Origin: Octopus vulgaris
Lineage: Eukaryota
Assembly: GCA_951406725.2 (NCBI GenBank)
Contig: OX597821.1
Span: forward strand, 39,494,001-39,558,000
Direction: 5' to 3'
Length of the DNA stretch: 64,000 nt
Below are positions 52,879 to 64,000 of this stretch, piece by piece (the stretch's first letter is position 1; the number at the start of each line of letters is the position of its first letter). A program made the position numbers and the translations under genes. The notes under the pieces were generated by a model that saw nothing but the letters and a program-made list of their open reading frames with translations, was not told the origin of the DNA and ran no database searches.

Positions 52879-53199
52879 TCTCTCTCTTTTACTCTTTTAC
52901 TTGTTTCAGTCATTTGACTGCGGCCATGCTGAAGCACCGCCTTTATATAAAAATATAAAAATGGAACAAAAACGCAGTAGAGTGCAATAAAACATTCAGA
53001 CAGATAGATGATATCTGGTTTGATTATTATTACTGTTAAAGTTCGGTTCCAAGAGTTGATTGTGTGGTAGGAATTTGTTGGCCTGAAAAGTTCTGCTGTA
53101 TTCATCAGACTGCAGTTCCTGAATTTTCCACTTCTTTTTGAAGCAGAAAGCCCTCCTGTCTCCCAGCATAAATTTGACCTCCCCTTCCTCAAGGTTCAT

Positions 53200-53571
53200 A
53201 ATTTGCAAGCTGCATGCTTACCTCACTTGTGCTGATGATATTTAAGATGCACACAGTACATGCTGTAAAATGGTTGGCGTTAGGAAGGGTATTCAGCTGT
53301 AGAAATATTGCCAAAATAACATTGAAGCACAGTGCAGTCCTTAGACTCATTGGGTCCCACCAAACTGTCCAGATCATACATGCATAGAATATGGATTTAA
53401 ATGACAATAATGAATAGTGGCTGTGTGGTAAGTTGCTTGCTTACCAGCCACATGGTTCTGGGTTGTCCCACGACGTGGCACCTTGGGCAAGTGTTTTCAA
53501 CTATCGCTTCAGGCCGACCAAAGCCTTGTGAGTGGATTTGGCCGACAGAAACTGAAAAGAAGCCCATCATT

Positions 53572-53604
<33 letters not shown>

Positions 53605-53784
53605 CTCTACCATCACTTGACAATCGATGTTGGTGTGTTTACATCCCCGTAACTTATTGGTTTGGCAAAAGAGTCTGATAGACTAAGCACTAGACTTACA
53701 AAGAATAAGTCCTGGGGATGATTTGTTCAACTAAAAAGCACTGCTCCAGGGTGGTTGCAGTCAAAGCACTGAAACAAATAAAAG

Positions 53785-53786
<2 letters not shown>
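53200..53786 (+). mobile_element. Degenerate RTE tail (53200-53410) followed by family B CORE SINE (53417-53786)
   Basis: Matches to the respective copies at 40892 and 37687. Confidence 0.8.
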
Positions 53787-53828
<42 letters not shown>

Positions 53829-53831
<3 letters not shown>

Positions 53832-54013
53832 GGTGGACCAAAAGTCACACACCAAAACATTTGACATTTTACTTATGTTATTCTTACAATTTTGTTTCTT
53901 ATGTACATGTGTATTCATCATTATCTTTTTTTTTATTTTATGCGACTTTAGAAAAATTGAAGCATGTCTTTGATGATTCTGGAGCATATTGTACATGACT
54001 TTGACCCAGCCTG
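53829..54013. mobile_element. Tc1/mariner-type MITE
   Basis: ta-CAGGGTGGACCAAAAGTCA ... TGACTTTGACCCAGCCTG: imperfect TIRs at a TA run. Confidence 0.6.
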
Positions 54014-54289
54014 AATATATAAATAGAAATAATCAGAAAATGGAGAAACCTCAGATTAACAAACACATCGATTGGACCACATATTTATAGCTTATTTTTT
54101 AATTCAAAGCATGACATAACAAAATAGGTGATGCAACATATCTTACGGCCATTTCCTATCGGTTACTAAAATGCTATCTATAAATAAATGCGAGAATAAT
54201 GTTCTTCATCTTCATAGGACATTCGAATGAAGGCATGTTAGCAATTTCCCTTATATTTATTTTCTTGATAACTTCTTTTCTTAAAGTTT

Positions 54290-54481
54290 CTTAAACATCC
54301 TGCCCTCCCCACTTAAATTGCAACTACCAGTTTATAAATTGTAGTATTCCCTAGACCATTATTAATTCGCTCTTTTACCTACGGACCTCAGCAGAATTTA
54401 AACTCAGAACATAAATAGGGACCAAATGCTGCTAAGCATTTTATCCTCATGCAGTAACAGTTCTGCCAGCTTGCTGCCTTA

Positions 54482-54530
<49 letters not shown>
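54290..54530 (-). mobile_element. Degenerate family A SINE + (AAT)n array
   Basis: gacctcagcagaatttaaactcagaac..ttctgccagcttgctgcctt followed by (aat)n. Confidence 0.7.
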
Positions 54531-54532
<2 letters not shown>

Positions 54533-54542
54533 TTTAAATTTA

Positions 54543-55103
54543 ATTTTAGAATGATGTTTAATATGTTTGGGATTTATTTGGTGGCAATGAAGATTATAAA
54601 GACAATAAAATTCCAATCACATATATATTTCAATCTTCATTTGATCACAACATTGTGATATTGAACAAAAATCCAAGAAAAAAGGAACAACATTTTAAAT
54701 GGAAATTTTTCCATGAACATTTGAATTCAGGATAGAACTGCCATCAAAGCTTATGGCAAGAAAAACAAATTAATCCATTCAAAATTTTCCCTCGCTCTAC
54801 TTCTCTTTATTTTTCCGATTTGAAAAAATAATTTACCGAGTTCATTCATCACCCTGTCTTTCTTTCACTTGCTTACTGTCCTGGTTTGAGAAAAAAAGAA
54901 AAACAAAACAAAAAACCCAAACTGTATTTATTTCATCTGATTAAAAAATTGACTTTCTGACTTATCTGATTGCCATAAATAATATTAAATTCAATATCAC
55001 ACTGAAGAGATCAAATTAAGATCAAAATACATATATGTGAAGGGAAATTTATTATTTTTATAATCTTCAATATTACAAAATAAATTAAACATGATTCTAC
55101 AAT
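54543..55103. repeat. Old inverted-repeat element (~120-bp arms) with hammerhead remnants in both arms
   Basis: 54543-54665 matches the reverse complement of 54990-55103. The right arm reads tcaca-CTGAAGA-gatc(aaattaa)gatc-AAAA-tacataTA-tgtga (54997-55040). Confidence 0.65.
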
Positions 55104-55124
55104 CGGATCTTAATTATTATAATT

Positions 55125-55537
55125 ACTCTCTTTTTTACTCTTTTACTTGTTTCAGTCATTTGACTGCGGCCATGCTGGAGCACTGCCTTTAGTCGAGCAA
55201 ATCGACCCTGGGACTTATTCTTTGTAAGCCCAGTACTTATTCTATCGGTCCCTTTTGCTGAACTGCTAAGTGACGGGGACGTAAACACACCAGCATCGGT
55301 TGTCAAGCGATGCTAGGGGGACAAACACAGACACACAAACATACACACACATACATATATATATATATATACATATATACGACAGGCTTCTTTCAGTTTC
55401 TGTCTACCAAATCCACTCACAAGGCATTGGTTGGCCCGAGGATATAGCAGAAGACACTTGCCCAAGATGCCACGCAGTGGGACTGAACCCGGAACCATGT
55501 GGTTGGTAAGCAAGCTACTTACCACACAGCCACATCT
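55125..55537 (-). mobile_element. CORE-type SINE family B, full length
   Basis: Reverse complement of the 37687-38040 sequence with a (gtaaaaga)n tail. Confidence 0.9.
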
Positions 55538-56402
55538 GCTGTGCCTATGAAGGTGTGTAATTGTTGCTGTTATGAAATCAGTATATAGAGAATCGAGTCT
55601 TCCCCTCACAAAATTAAAACAGAGCAGAAGGTAATGAGAAGAGATGTTGTTAGTTGGGGCAGACATGTAAAAATGTTGCTTTAACCCTCTCAGATCTGGA
55701 CCCCTATCACTAACTTTACCCTCCACCTAGGCTCCTGAAATAAAAAAAAAAAAATAAAGTTGCATACACAGCAAGGATTACAGGAAAGACTAATGAACAG
55801 AATAATAAAATAATTCAAGAGGATTATAATATGCCTATCTCTCTTACTACCGTATTTGTTCACCCATATCACTAATTTCCTCATCAGTTTCACCAGTTTC
55901 ACAAGTTTGAATGTCTGAATAACATTAATTTTCCATGTAAGGATAAATACTTCATCTGAAAAGCAAACATCACCAATAATTTCCACAACTGTAATGAGTC
56001 TATGTCTCTTTTACTCATTTACCAGGTGAAGAGCTGAGATCATTACATGTTTGTTTCATTGCAATTAAATCCGTTTTTGCAATTAAAACAAAAGTAAACA
56101 ACAGCTTGGAGGTGGGGTGTCCCCTGTTAACAATGAGTAATAAACACAGGCTGCAAGGTAAATGCATGTCTATGCTTAGCATTTCACTATTTTCTCTGTG
56201 TGTTGTTCATTACCTCTTTAATAGGAATCTGGTAGAGATTACGTTTAGGCTATTCCTGCCATATGGGGGGGAACACAGTACAATAGAGCTAAGCATTGTT
56301 TCTTTTTAACCTTTTGTCAGTCTGACATCTGTTGCATAATCAGTCAAATCTACCTGTACCCCTCATTGAATCTTCTGCAGCAATAGTCAAAGACAAGGAA
56401 AA

Positions 56403-56812
56403 TCATCATCATCATCATCATCATTTAACGTCCGCTTTCCATGCTAGCATGGGTTGGACGATTTGACTGAGGTCTGGCGAGCCACACTCCAATCTGATCC
56501 GGCAGAGTTTCTACAGCTGGATGCTCTTCCTAACGCTAACCACTCCAAGAGTGTAGTGGGTGCTTTTACGTGCCACCGGCATGAGGGCCAGTTTGGTAGT
56601 ACTGGCAACGACCATGCACAAATGGTGCTTTTTATGTGCCACTTGCACAGGAGCCAGTCTAGCGGCACTGGCAACGACCTTGCTCGAATGTTTCACATGT
56701 CACCAGCACAAGTGCTAGTAAGGCGACGTGGTAATGATCATGCTCGAATGGTGTGTTTAACATGTCATCGGCACGAAGGCCAGCTTGTTGATCTGGCAAT
56801 GATTTCACTTGT
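56403..56812 (-). mobile_element. RTE 3'-end fragment with ~4 tandem units
   Basis: (CAT)n, conserved tail and units. Confidence 0.88.
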
Positions 56813-58237
56813 ATGGTACTCTTATTTAATTTAAATTTGTTCCTTATACATTTTTTTCTTTGTATTAACATGGAAATTGTTAGAAGGAAAAATAAACAAC
56901 AAAAAATAGGAAAGAAAAATCAAACATGATCATAAAAAATTTATAGTCAATTAAGAAGCAACTTCATGAAAATGACCATCTTCATGTGGTTAACAACAAA
57001 CATGGTTTATAGAAAACAAAGAACAATAAAATTAATTACTCTTTTGTTGCAGCTCATTTTTTTTTATTACTAGTTTCTTAATATTAGGTTTAGTATTTGT
57101 GAGCACTAATCTCATGCGATGAATGCAGCTTGATTCCATTCTGTTTCTGGTCTTATTTTATAAACAGTATTGTAGAAGAAGCAGCTTTACAGAGATAAGT
57201 TGTGGAAAATGGAATTTTTGATTCTAATGCTATCAATGCAAGTTGAGGGTGTGCAGTTAGCTGTTTTTACCAGAAGTCTGTCAAGTTATCAGAAAAGAAT
57301 TTTGCTGGCTTCATTACTGTGTAGCTCCAGCAACTCCACTTTAAGATTTTCAGTATCATTCATATCCAATAAGAATACTTGCCAGATCTAGTTGTCAATA
57401 GCTACCTTTAGCATGTTGCTTTTTCAATATATTTCGAAGCGCTGACAAGTGACTACCAGTTCTTTCTTTTGATGATCCATCAATTTCTAACTATTTGCTG
57501 ACCCTTTTGACAAGAAGAGGAAATAAAAGGAGAATTTCTTTTCAGTTCAATGCTTCCAAAGTACAACCTTTTTCATAAATACCTTAACCCTATTAAGTTT
57601 GCTTTGAATCCCTATATTGTGAGGTCCAGTTCGTTCAAATGATTGAATATGTCTGACAAATCGGCAACAGGAAAAATGAATTTATGATTCTTAACCTTTT
57701 CTGACAAATTGTTTCCATGTTCTTGGAAGAAAATAGCAATTTCCTTAGACAAAATAAGAACCCAATTTATAATCCAGCCTTATAAATGCCAAAGTGGAGA
57801 ACTACTTCCTGAAGCCTCTCAGAAATCCTATGACAGAGATTTGTTGTGAATAAAATTTAGTTTTAATTACAATATCCACAACTTCTTTAAATTTAGGTGT
57901 TAAAATCTTCGCTGTAATTGCATGTTAATGAAGTATGTAATGGTACATTATTAACTGAGATATCCTCTCCTTCAGTAGAACTACAATGCTATTGGAATTA
58001 TGCCCAAGAATGGCACACAATCAGTTCATACAGATGCTAGAATTTTCCAGTGTAGTTTCTATCAAAAGCATTGTCAGGGATATGGAAAATATCAGCAGTT
58101 TTGGTAGTGGCTAGCAACGGTTCAGAAAACAAAATCTTATTCTTCAAAGAATCATCAAACATGTATTGGATACTAATAATTATGCATTATTAGAGCAGCA
58201 AACTGGAAAACTCATGAGCATGCTGGACACACTGTTT

Positions 58238-58455
58238 TAAGGTGGAGAGCTAGCAGAGTCATTAGCCCACAGGGTAAAATGCCCAGTGGTATTTCGTCTG
58301 TCTCTAAGTTCTGAGTTCAAATGCTGCTGAGGTCAACTTTGCATTTCATCCTTTTGTGTTTGATGAAATAAGTACCAGCTGTGTACTTGGGTTGATGTAA
58401 TTGACTTCCCTCCACCTCTGAAATTGCTGGCCTTGTACCAAAATTTGAAGCCAAT
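58238..58455 (+). mobile_element. Family A SINE inserted in hAT remnant
   Basis: aaggtggagagctagcagag..ctgagttcaaatgc..tttcatcctttt..aaataagtaccag. Confidence 0.8.
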
Positions 58456-58741
58456 AATTATACATTATTACATTGGTTCATGTTTCAGATGTGAATCAAT
58501 ATCACCAGCTTAATTGATGAAATACTGGGATTGATTGATTTCGTTTGTTCCCTGGATAAGGACATTCTCACACATTTAGACATCTTCACTCACAATCACA
58601 TTAATAAAAAGATAAATCTCTTGGACTTTCTTTGCTGCTCCTTGGGAAAAGTTCTACCATTTTAAGATTAGCATGGCTTGACAATCTCTTTCAGGGCTTA
58701 GTGAGAGGATTTTTCCTTGATAAATCATATGCCACTTCAAA

Positions 58742-59222
58742 CAGTCTGTTTTCCATGCTGGCATGGGTTCCACAGTTTGACTGGGGACTGGCAAGCCAGG
58801 AGGCCACGCCAGGCTCCAATCTGATTTGGTAATGTTTCTACAGCTGGATACCCTTCCTAATGCCAACCACTCCGAGTGTAGTGAGTGCCTTTTATGTGCC
58901 ATCGGTATGGGAGCCAGTCAGGTAGCACTGATATCAACCACATTCAGATGGTACTTTTTACATGCCACTGACACAGGGAACCAGTCAGGCAGCACTTGCA
59001 ATGACCCACTCATGAATGGTGTTTATTGCATGCCACCAGCATGAGAGCCAGTCAGGTAGCACTGGCATCAGCCACAACTACAATTTCCATTTGATTGTGA
59101 TTTGCTTTTTGATTTTACTTGACTCAATAGGTCTCCTCAAAGTGGCGTGTTGCCTGACAATTCAAAGGTACTTTTTAAATGGGTTGGTTACGCGACACTG
59201 GTATTGGCTATGGCTATGATCT
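58742..59222 (-). mobile_element. RTE 3'-end fragment inserted in hAT remnant
   Basis: Conserved tail, tandem units and the aactacaatttccatttgat segment shared with 6550 and 35785. Confidence 0.85.
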
Positions 59223-60249
59223 CAACAAGAAAATGGTTTTGGTAAATATCAAAATCCAAAAGCATTTGGCAGGAACATTTGGTAGGAAGTCTTAATTGAG
59301 TTGCTCTCATGGGGTGTTTACTTTTTAAATGCTCCAGCAGACTTGAGGTTGTTCCATTCAAATTGCATGTTTTGTAACTTCAAAACACACATTATGCTCA
59401 ATCAGGACCAAAAGGTTGTTTTTGACAGATGTAAAGCAATAAACAAAAGATTTCTATTTTATTCTCTTGATTACACTTTTGTTGGCATTGTGATTTGAAC
59501 AACAGTAACAGTGAAACCAAATATGATATTAACAGCCTTTGCAGAGCCAAACAAATGATTATAATCTGTAAATGAGAATAAATGGAATGGTGATTCTCAA
59601 TACGGACATGCTAAGAGTCAGAGATCACAGATTTTATCCTAAGTACAAATAGTGTTGTTGTGAGTTGTGTAAATAAGACAGAAGAGATTCAAGAAAAGGG
59701 GGACGAAAGACAGCAGCAACAACATTGATGTCATATTAGAAAAGAGAGGGTGAGATCTGACTAAAAGACATTGCTACATGAGTGCCATACATAGTTTTAC
59801 CAGCAAGACGAAATTGTTTCTCAGCCATAATCTAGAACTCAGTTATCCATTTAAGCAGTGTGAAATTTGGAGGAAGTTTAGCTGCTATTTCTAGAAGGGC
59901 GAGAAATCTGTCTCATTGGTTTGTAGAAAAGTAATGTTAATTTCTCGTGAACCACATCATCCAATGTGGTCTGAGAGAAATCTGGCTGTTTGGTACAGCA
60001 GACCAAATGACTAAATAGAAGTCCCTCGAAGGGTTTATGGAAATAATGTTTAATCGTGGCTCATTGACAGGATGATGGATAATGGGGAAATAACCAGTGA
60101 TAGAGAGATTGTTGGTGATTGATGACAATATCAGTGGAGATGACACACCTATCAAGGTTGATTGGCAATATTACTGACTGCAACAATGATGACTATGATA
60201 AACATACATAAGTTGATTGGTAATAACAATGGTGGTAGTATAATAATAA

Positions 60250-61585
60250 AAGCCCTTACCAATCAATGGTTAGTGTCTTCTGGTTTAAAATCAGAAACAG
60301 AAGAGTTTATCATAGCGGCCTAAGATCAAGAAACTACCAGGCCAACATATTAAGGAATGGCAGTTGCCCAACATGTCGTGTATGTAAACAACAAAATGAA
60401 ACCATTGATCATGTCTCCATGTGCAGTCTTCTTGCACCTACAGAGTACCTCAACAGGCATGATAGAGCTGCTCAATATATTCACTGGGTAATTTGCAAAA
60501 ACCTGGACCTGCCCCATGATAAAAACTGGTGGGAACACAAACCACCTCTAGTGCTTGAAATATAATCACATCTCACTCCTCTAGAACTTCACCATCCAAA
60601 CTGACAGAAAGATAGAAGTTAATAGGCCAGATATCATATTGAAAGACTTCAGACAAAAATCATGCCTCCTCATTGATATGACTGTCCCAATTGACATAAA
60701 TGTATCTTAGAAAATTACTATTTTTAAATCTCACAACAAGAGATATTCAGCAACAGTACTTTGGAATTAAGATTGTTTGCCAACATAACATGGCAGTCCT
60801 GTGAGATTTAAAAATAGTAATTTTCTAATTTGTAGATCAGTAACTAGTTGTCACTTTGAAAACTATATATTTTGAATAGGAATTTGGCAGCGCCACCTTT
60901 AGCCAAACAAATATTCTGTGCTGATGAAGATAAATAACCCAGAAATCACAATACACAGATATTGTTTTGATCTGAGGGGGGGAGGTGCTAGATTCCCTTG
61001 TTCAAAAATAAGGACACAGATTGTGTCGTATAGCCAGCTGGAGACAATGTCTCCTGGGGCCAAATTACAGCAACATTCATCCTAAACCAGGACTACTGCC
61101 ATGTTATGTTGGCAAACAATCTTTACTCCATAAATGTATCTGTCAAGACCTACCAAAAAACTGAGCAAGTTTAAAGATCTTGAAATAGAAATTAGTAAAA
61201 TGTGGAACCTGAAGACTAAAACAATACTCGTTGTCATAGGTGCTCGAGGAATGATAGCAAAAGGGACTGATTCCTACCGAGTTCAGATACCAGGAAACCC
61301 CAAATGGCAGAAATTCAAAAGATTGTGTTCATGGGAATTGCTCATATCCTACGTAAAATACTATGCAATCTCAAATTTTAAAACAAACTCATAATTTTCA
61401 AATATTTTCTTAAGCAATCTCTAGAACTATATTATGTGCAAAACCAAATATATGACACCCTAGGTATAACACCAACATGAACTTCAAACTTGTTGTCTCT
61501 TGAGGTCTCTGGGTGAGACTTGAAGTCAACCTGTACAAACACAAAGCAAAAGTCAAACATAATAATAATAATAATAATAATAATA
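60250..61585 (+). mobile_element. 5'-truncated R4/Dong-clade non-LTR retrotransposon (restriction-like endonuclease) in a (TAA)n array
   Basis: CRVCKQQNETIDHV..C (CCHC), YLNRHD, WWEHKP, TDRKI..NRPDIILKD..LIDMTVP (PD..D motif), KLSKFKDL..VVIGARG. (TAA)n on both flanks. Confidence 0.9.
60708..61128. mobile_element. 421-bp insertion with 13-bp TSD, two internal 29-bp inverted repeats and a hammerhead motif (60915-60959,+)
   Basis: cataaatgtatct at 60695-60707 and 61129-61141; tctgtg-CTGATGA-agataaataaccca-GAAA-tcacaaTA-cacaga. Confidence 0.8.
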
Positions 61586-62140
61586 AAGCTCTGATGCAGT
61601 ACCGGACACTGGCTCTCATGGCTTTTGATCTTAACTAATTGGAAGTGTCATCATGTACATGTTTTGTCTTGGTATAAAAGATGGGCTACAGCAAATATTC
61701 TGCTCAATACCACAGACTTGCTTATCAGTTGTTTAATCATAACCAGTTGAGCATGTCCCTTGGTGGCTGATTACAAGCAGAAGTAGTGGGGTGAGCATCA
61801 TAGCCATGTGTCGAGAGGAATTTTTGGGGATTGGGATAATTCATCTCTGGAAACAGTTGTTTCACTCAACATCCTTAAACAACACTTATTCAGGGACCTT
61901 TTCAGTAGGATGGGTTACTCAATCTGAAGAAAATTCTAACAGGGCTCCACCTGCAAGGTCATATGCTGTTTATCTTGATATGAGATCACCATGTCACACA
62001 CACATGGTTGTGATGCATGTGCCTGGTGTACCCTTATCAGACAGGTAGTCAGGATGGGTGTATTGGGCTTTGTATAATTGTACCCCAGTGTCACTTTGAT
62101 GGCATGAACTGCTCTCTCACTCAATAATAACAATAATAAG
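61586..62140 (+). mobile_element. Probable non-autonomous element bounded by (AAT)n on both sides
   Basis: ~540-bp non-coding, GC-richer block that begins after and ends in AAT repeats, directly downstream of the Dong-like LINE. Confidence 0.45.
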
Positions 62141-62269
62141 AAGAAGAATATAAAATCTTGTGAGGTTTTACAATCCAAAGTGACTCTTGATGCCTGAAGA
62201 CCAGACATTGCGGATGAAAGGAAAAAGCAAACTAAGATTTATTGCCATAGCTGTGAACTGGTGCTGGAT

Positions 62270-62440
62270 ATTTTATGTCCCCATAACTTAGCGCTTCAGC
62301 AAAAGTGACTGATAGAATAAGTATAAGTCTTAAAAAAATAAAAAACAAGTACCAGGGTCGATTCAGAAGTTGGATAAAAATTCTACCAGGCAGTGCCCCA
62401 GCATGGTCACAGTTTAATAACTGAAACAAATAAAAAGTAA
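62270..62440 (+). mobile_element. Family B SINE 3' half, degenerate
   Basis: gtccccataacttagcg..gatagaataagta..cagcatggtcacag..actgaaacaaataaaa. Confidence 0.7.
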
Positions 62441-63104
62441 GAGATAATAACAACAAAAAACTGATGAAAGAGAAACGAATGCAGCAAAGGAACCATTAAA
62501 GACCAGAAAAGGTGAGGGGACATTTTGAATTTGTCCTTGTTGACCTTTGCTGTCAAAGCATCAACCAATTCCATCATCACTAAAAGCTACTTACCTGCAT
62601 TTTCTGTGGCACCAACTACACCATCATTCCCAACACTACCATCACTCCTACTCGTATCAACTGCACCACCATTACAACAATACTATTGACACCATTAAGG
62701 AATCAACTCTACCACATCACCTCAGTGCCATTTACCATGCTACTCCAGCCTGATATTTCAAATGTAATTGTTATTATATTTTATTAATTCTTCAGATGCT
62801 GCTCTACATTATATAAATTTCTTGGTTTATTTTAATTTTTACTTCGTGTTCCATTGTTTATTGTAAGGAAAAGCAGAGAGAAAATCAGTTTCCTATGCTA
62901 AGATGAATTAACAACAACACAAACTATATCTGTAGGCTAACACTAACAAAGAGTTTTAGATGCAAAAACGTATACATATATTAACACCTACAGTTTTGTT
63001 CTTCAAGACAAAAGTGAATTTGGAGGATTAAATTAGGATTTCAGCAAAGAATCCTATCTTGATAATTGCATTTCTCTAATTTCTGTTTTCAGGAAATTAC
63101 ATTT

Positions 63105-63206
63105 GCGTGTGTGTGTGTGTGATAAGTAGACATACATACATATACATTCACACACACACATACAAATATACATATATGTACAAACACACACATGTATGTA
63201 TACATA

Positions 63207-63254
<48 letters not shown>

Positions 63255-63265
63255 AATGTGTGTGT
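63105..63265. repeat. (TG)n/(CA)n/(CT)n microsatellites
   Basis: Visible. Confidence 0.9.
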
Positions 63266-64000
63266 CTGAGTGAGTGAATACATACGTATATTTGTGTGTA
63301 GAATCAAATCTTTCTCTCCTGATCCACTTTCCATATCAACATTCTAAACCCATGTAAACCCAGTTCTATTATATTACAATCTGTGTTAATATTACTAATA
63401 GATTTCTTGTGTATGTCTGTCACATTTTCCCCATATTGTAAGCATCATTCTTTTTTACTGGCTGTGGTTGATAACAATGTTATTCATGGTTTTATTAGTC
63501 TCCCAGAGTTATTGTTTTTCTGTTTTATAGCTAATTATTTAAATTTCTGGCATGAATTATTGTTGTTATTTGATATTTCACGATTGTTAACCTCATATTT
63601 CCACGACTTCTACACTACATTTCAATCACTTTATACTCTGTGTTCAAGCATATCATTTATTTCTACTCATCAACATAGCTAGAGCATCGATTTTCTGGAA
63701 CTTTTGATCCCTAAGATTTTCTGGATCACTGATTTTCCCAAACCAAGGGTATTTACCCTCACTAGTACACTTCTCATTAAGAAAATATTACATTTACTTA
63801 AATAATTATATGAAATACAGGTACTTGTATATTGGTGTCAATTATAAGAGGTTCTTGCTCAATGGTTCTCAACCGGGGTTCATGTGACCATTGGTGGTGG
63901 TGGTAGTAGTGGTGGTTGGAGGGTCCGTGTGAAATTTTTGCATTAAAATTTAAGAATGATAAATTGCTTAAACTCCTATAATACTCCACCTATTTTAAAA

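Larger units (their letters stand above)
57040..59460 (-). pseudogene. Highly decayed hAT transposase (Buster/Charlie-like), split by a SINE and an RTE tail
   Basis: Minus-strand motifs in the expected order: YCFT..C..EHLKSKHP (~59300-59440), FEVAY..IVKPC..MVE (~58650-58740), HYILH*HAITAKIL (~57900-57950), DLSDIFNHLNEL (~57630-57665), FSTTYLCKAASS..RNR..MRLVL..P.I (~57080-57210). Confidence 0.8.

Noticed and set aside
63857-63940. hAT-like terminus caatggttctcaacc
   Set aside because: The partner terminus is not visible within the window, so it cannot be supported as an element.

Overview
AT-rich, microsatellite-laden eukaryotic DNA. The repeat repertoire (tRNA-derived CORE/V/Meta-type SINEs, RTE 3' ends ending in (GAT)n, (TA)n/(CA)n arrays) suggests a coleoid cephalopod such as Octopus (inference). 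It is almost entirely intronic or intergenic. The only credible host coding sequence is a minus-strand exon running off the left edge (418->1). The rest is layered, decayed mobile DNA: RTE, CR1 and R4/Dong LINE fragments, a full-length dead mariner, a fragmented Buster/Charlie-type hAT, piggyBac- and Tc1-type MITEs, and several SINE families. The most striking signal, read by eye, is about 13 minimal type-I hammerhead-ribozyme (HHR) motifs from about 9 unrelated sequence families. Most sit inside short inverted-repeat elements. One directly follows a decayed Penelope-like ORF end, and one family is fused to a tRNA-like Pol III head (candidate Penelope-driven SINE/retrozyme). Coordinates of degenerate repeats are approximate (about +/-10-20 nt). 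No database searches were run.
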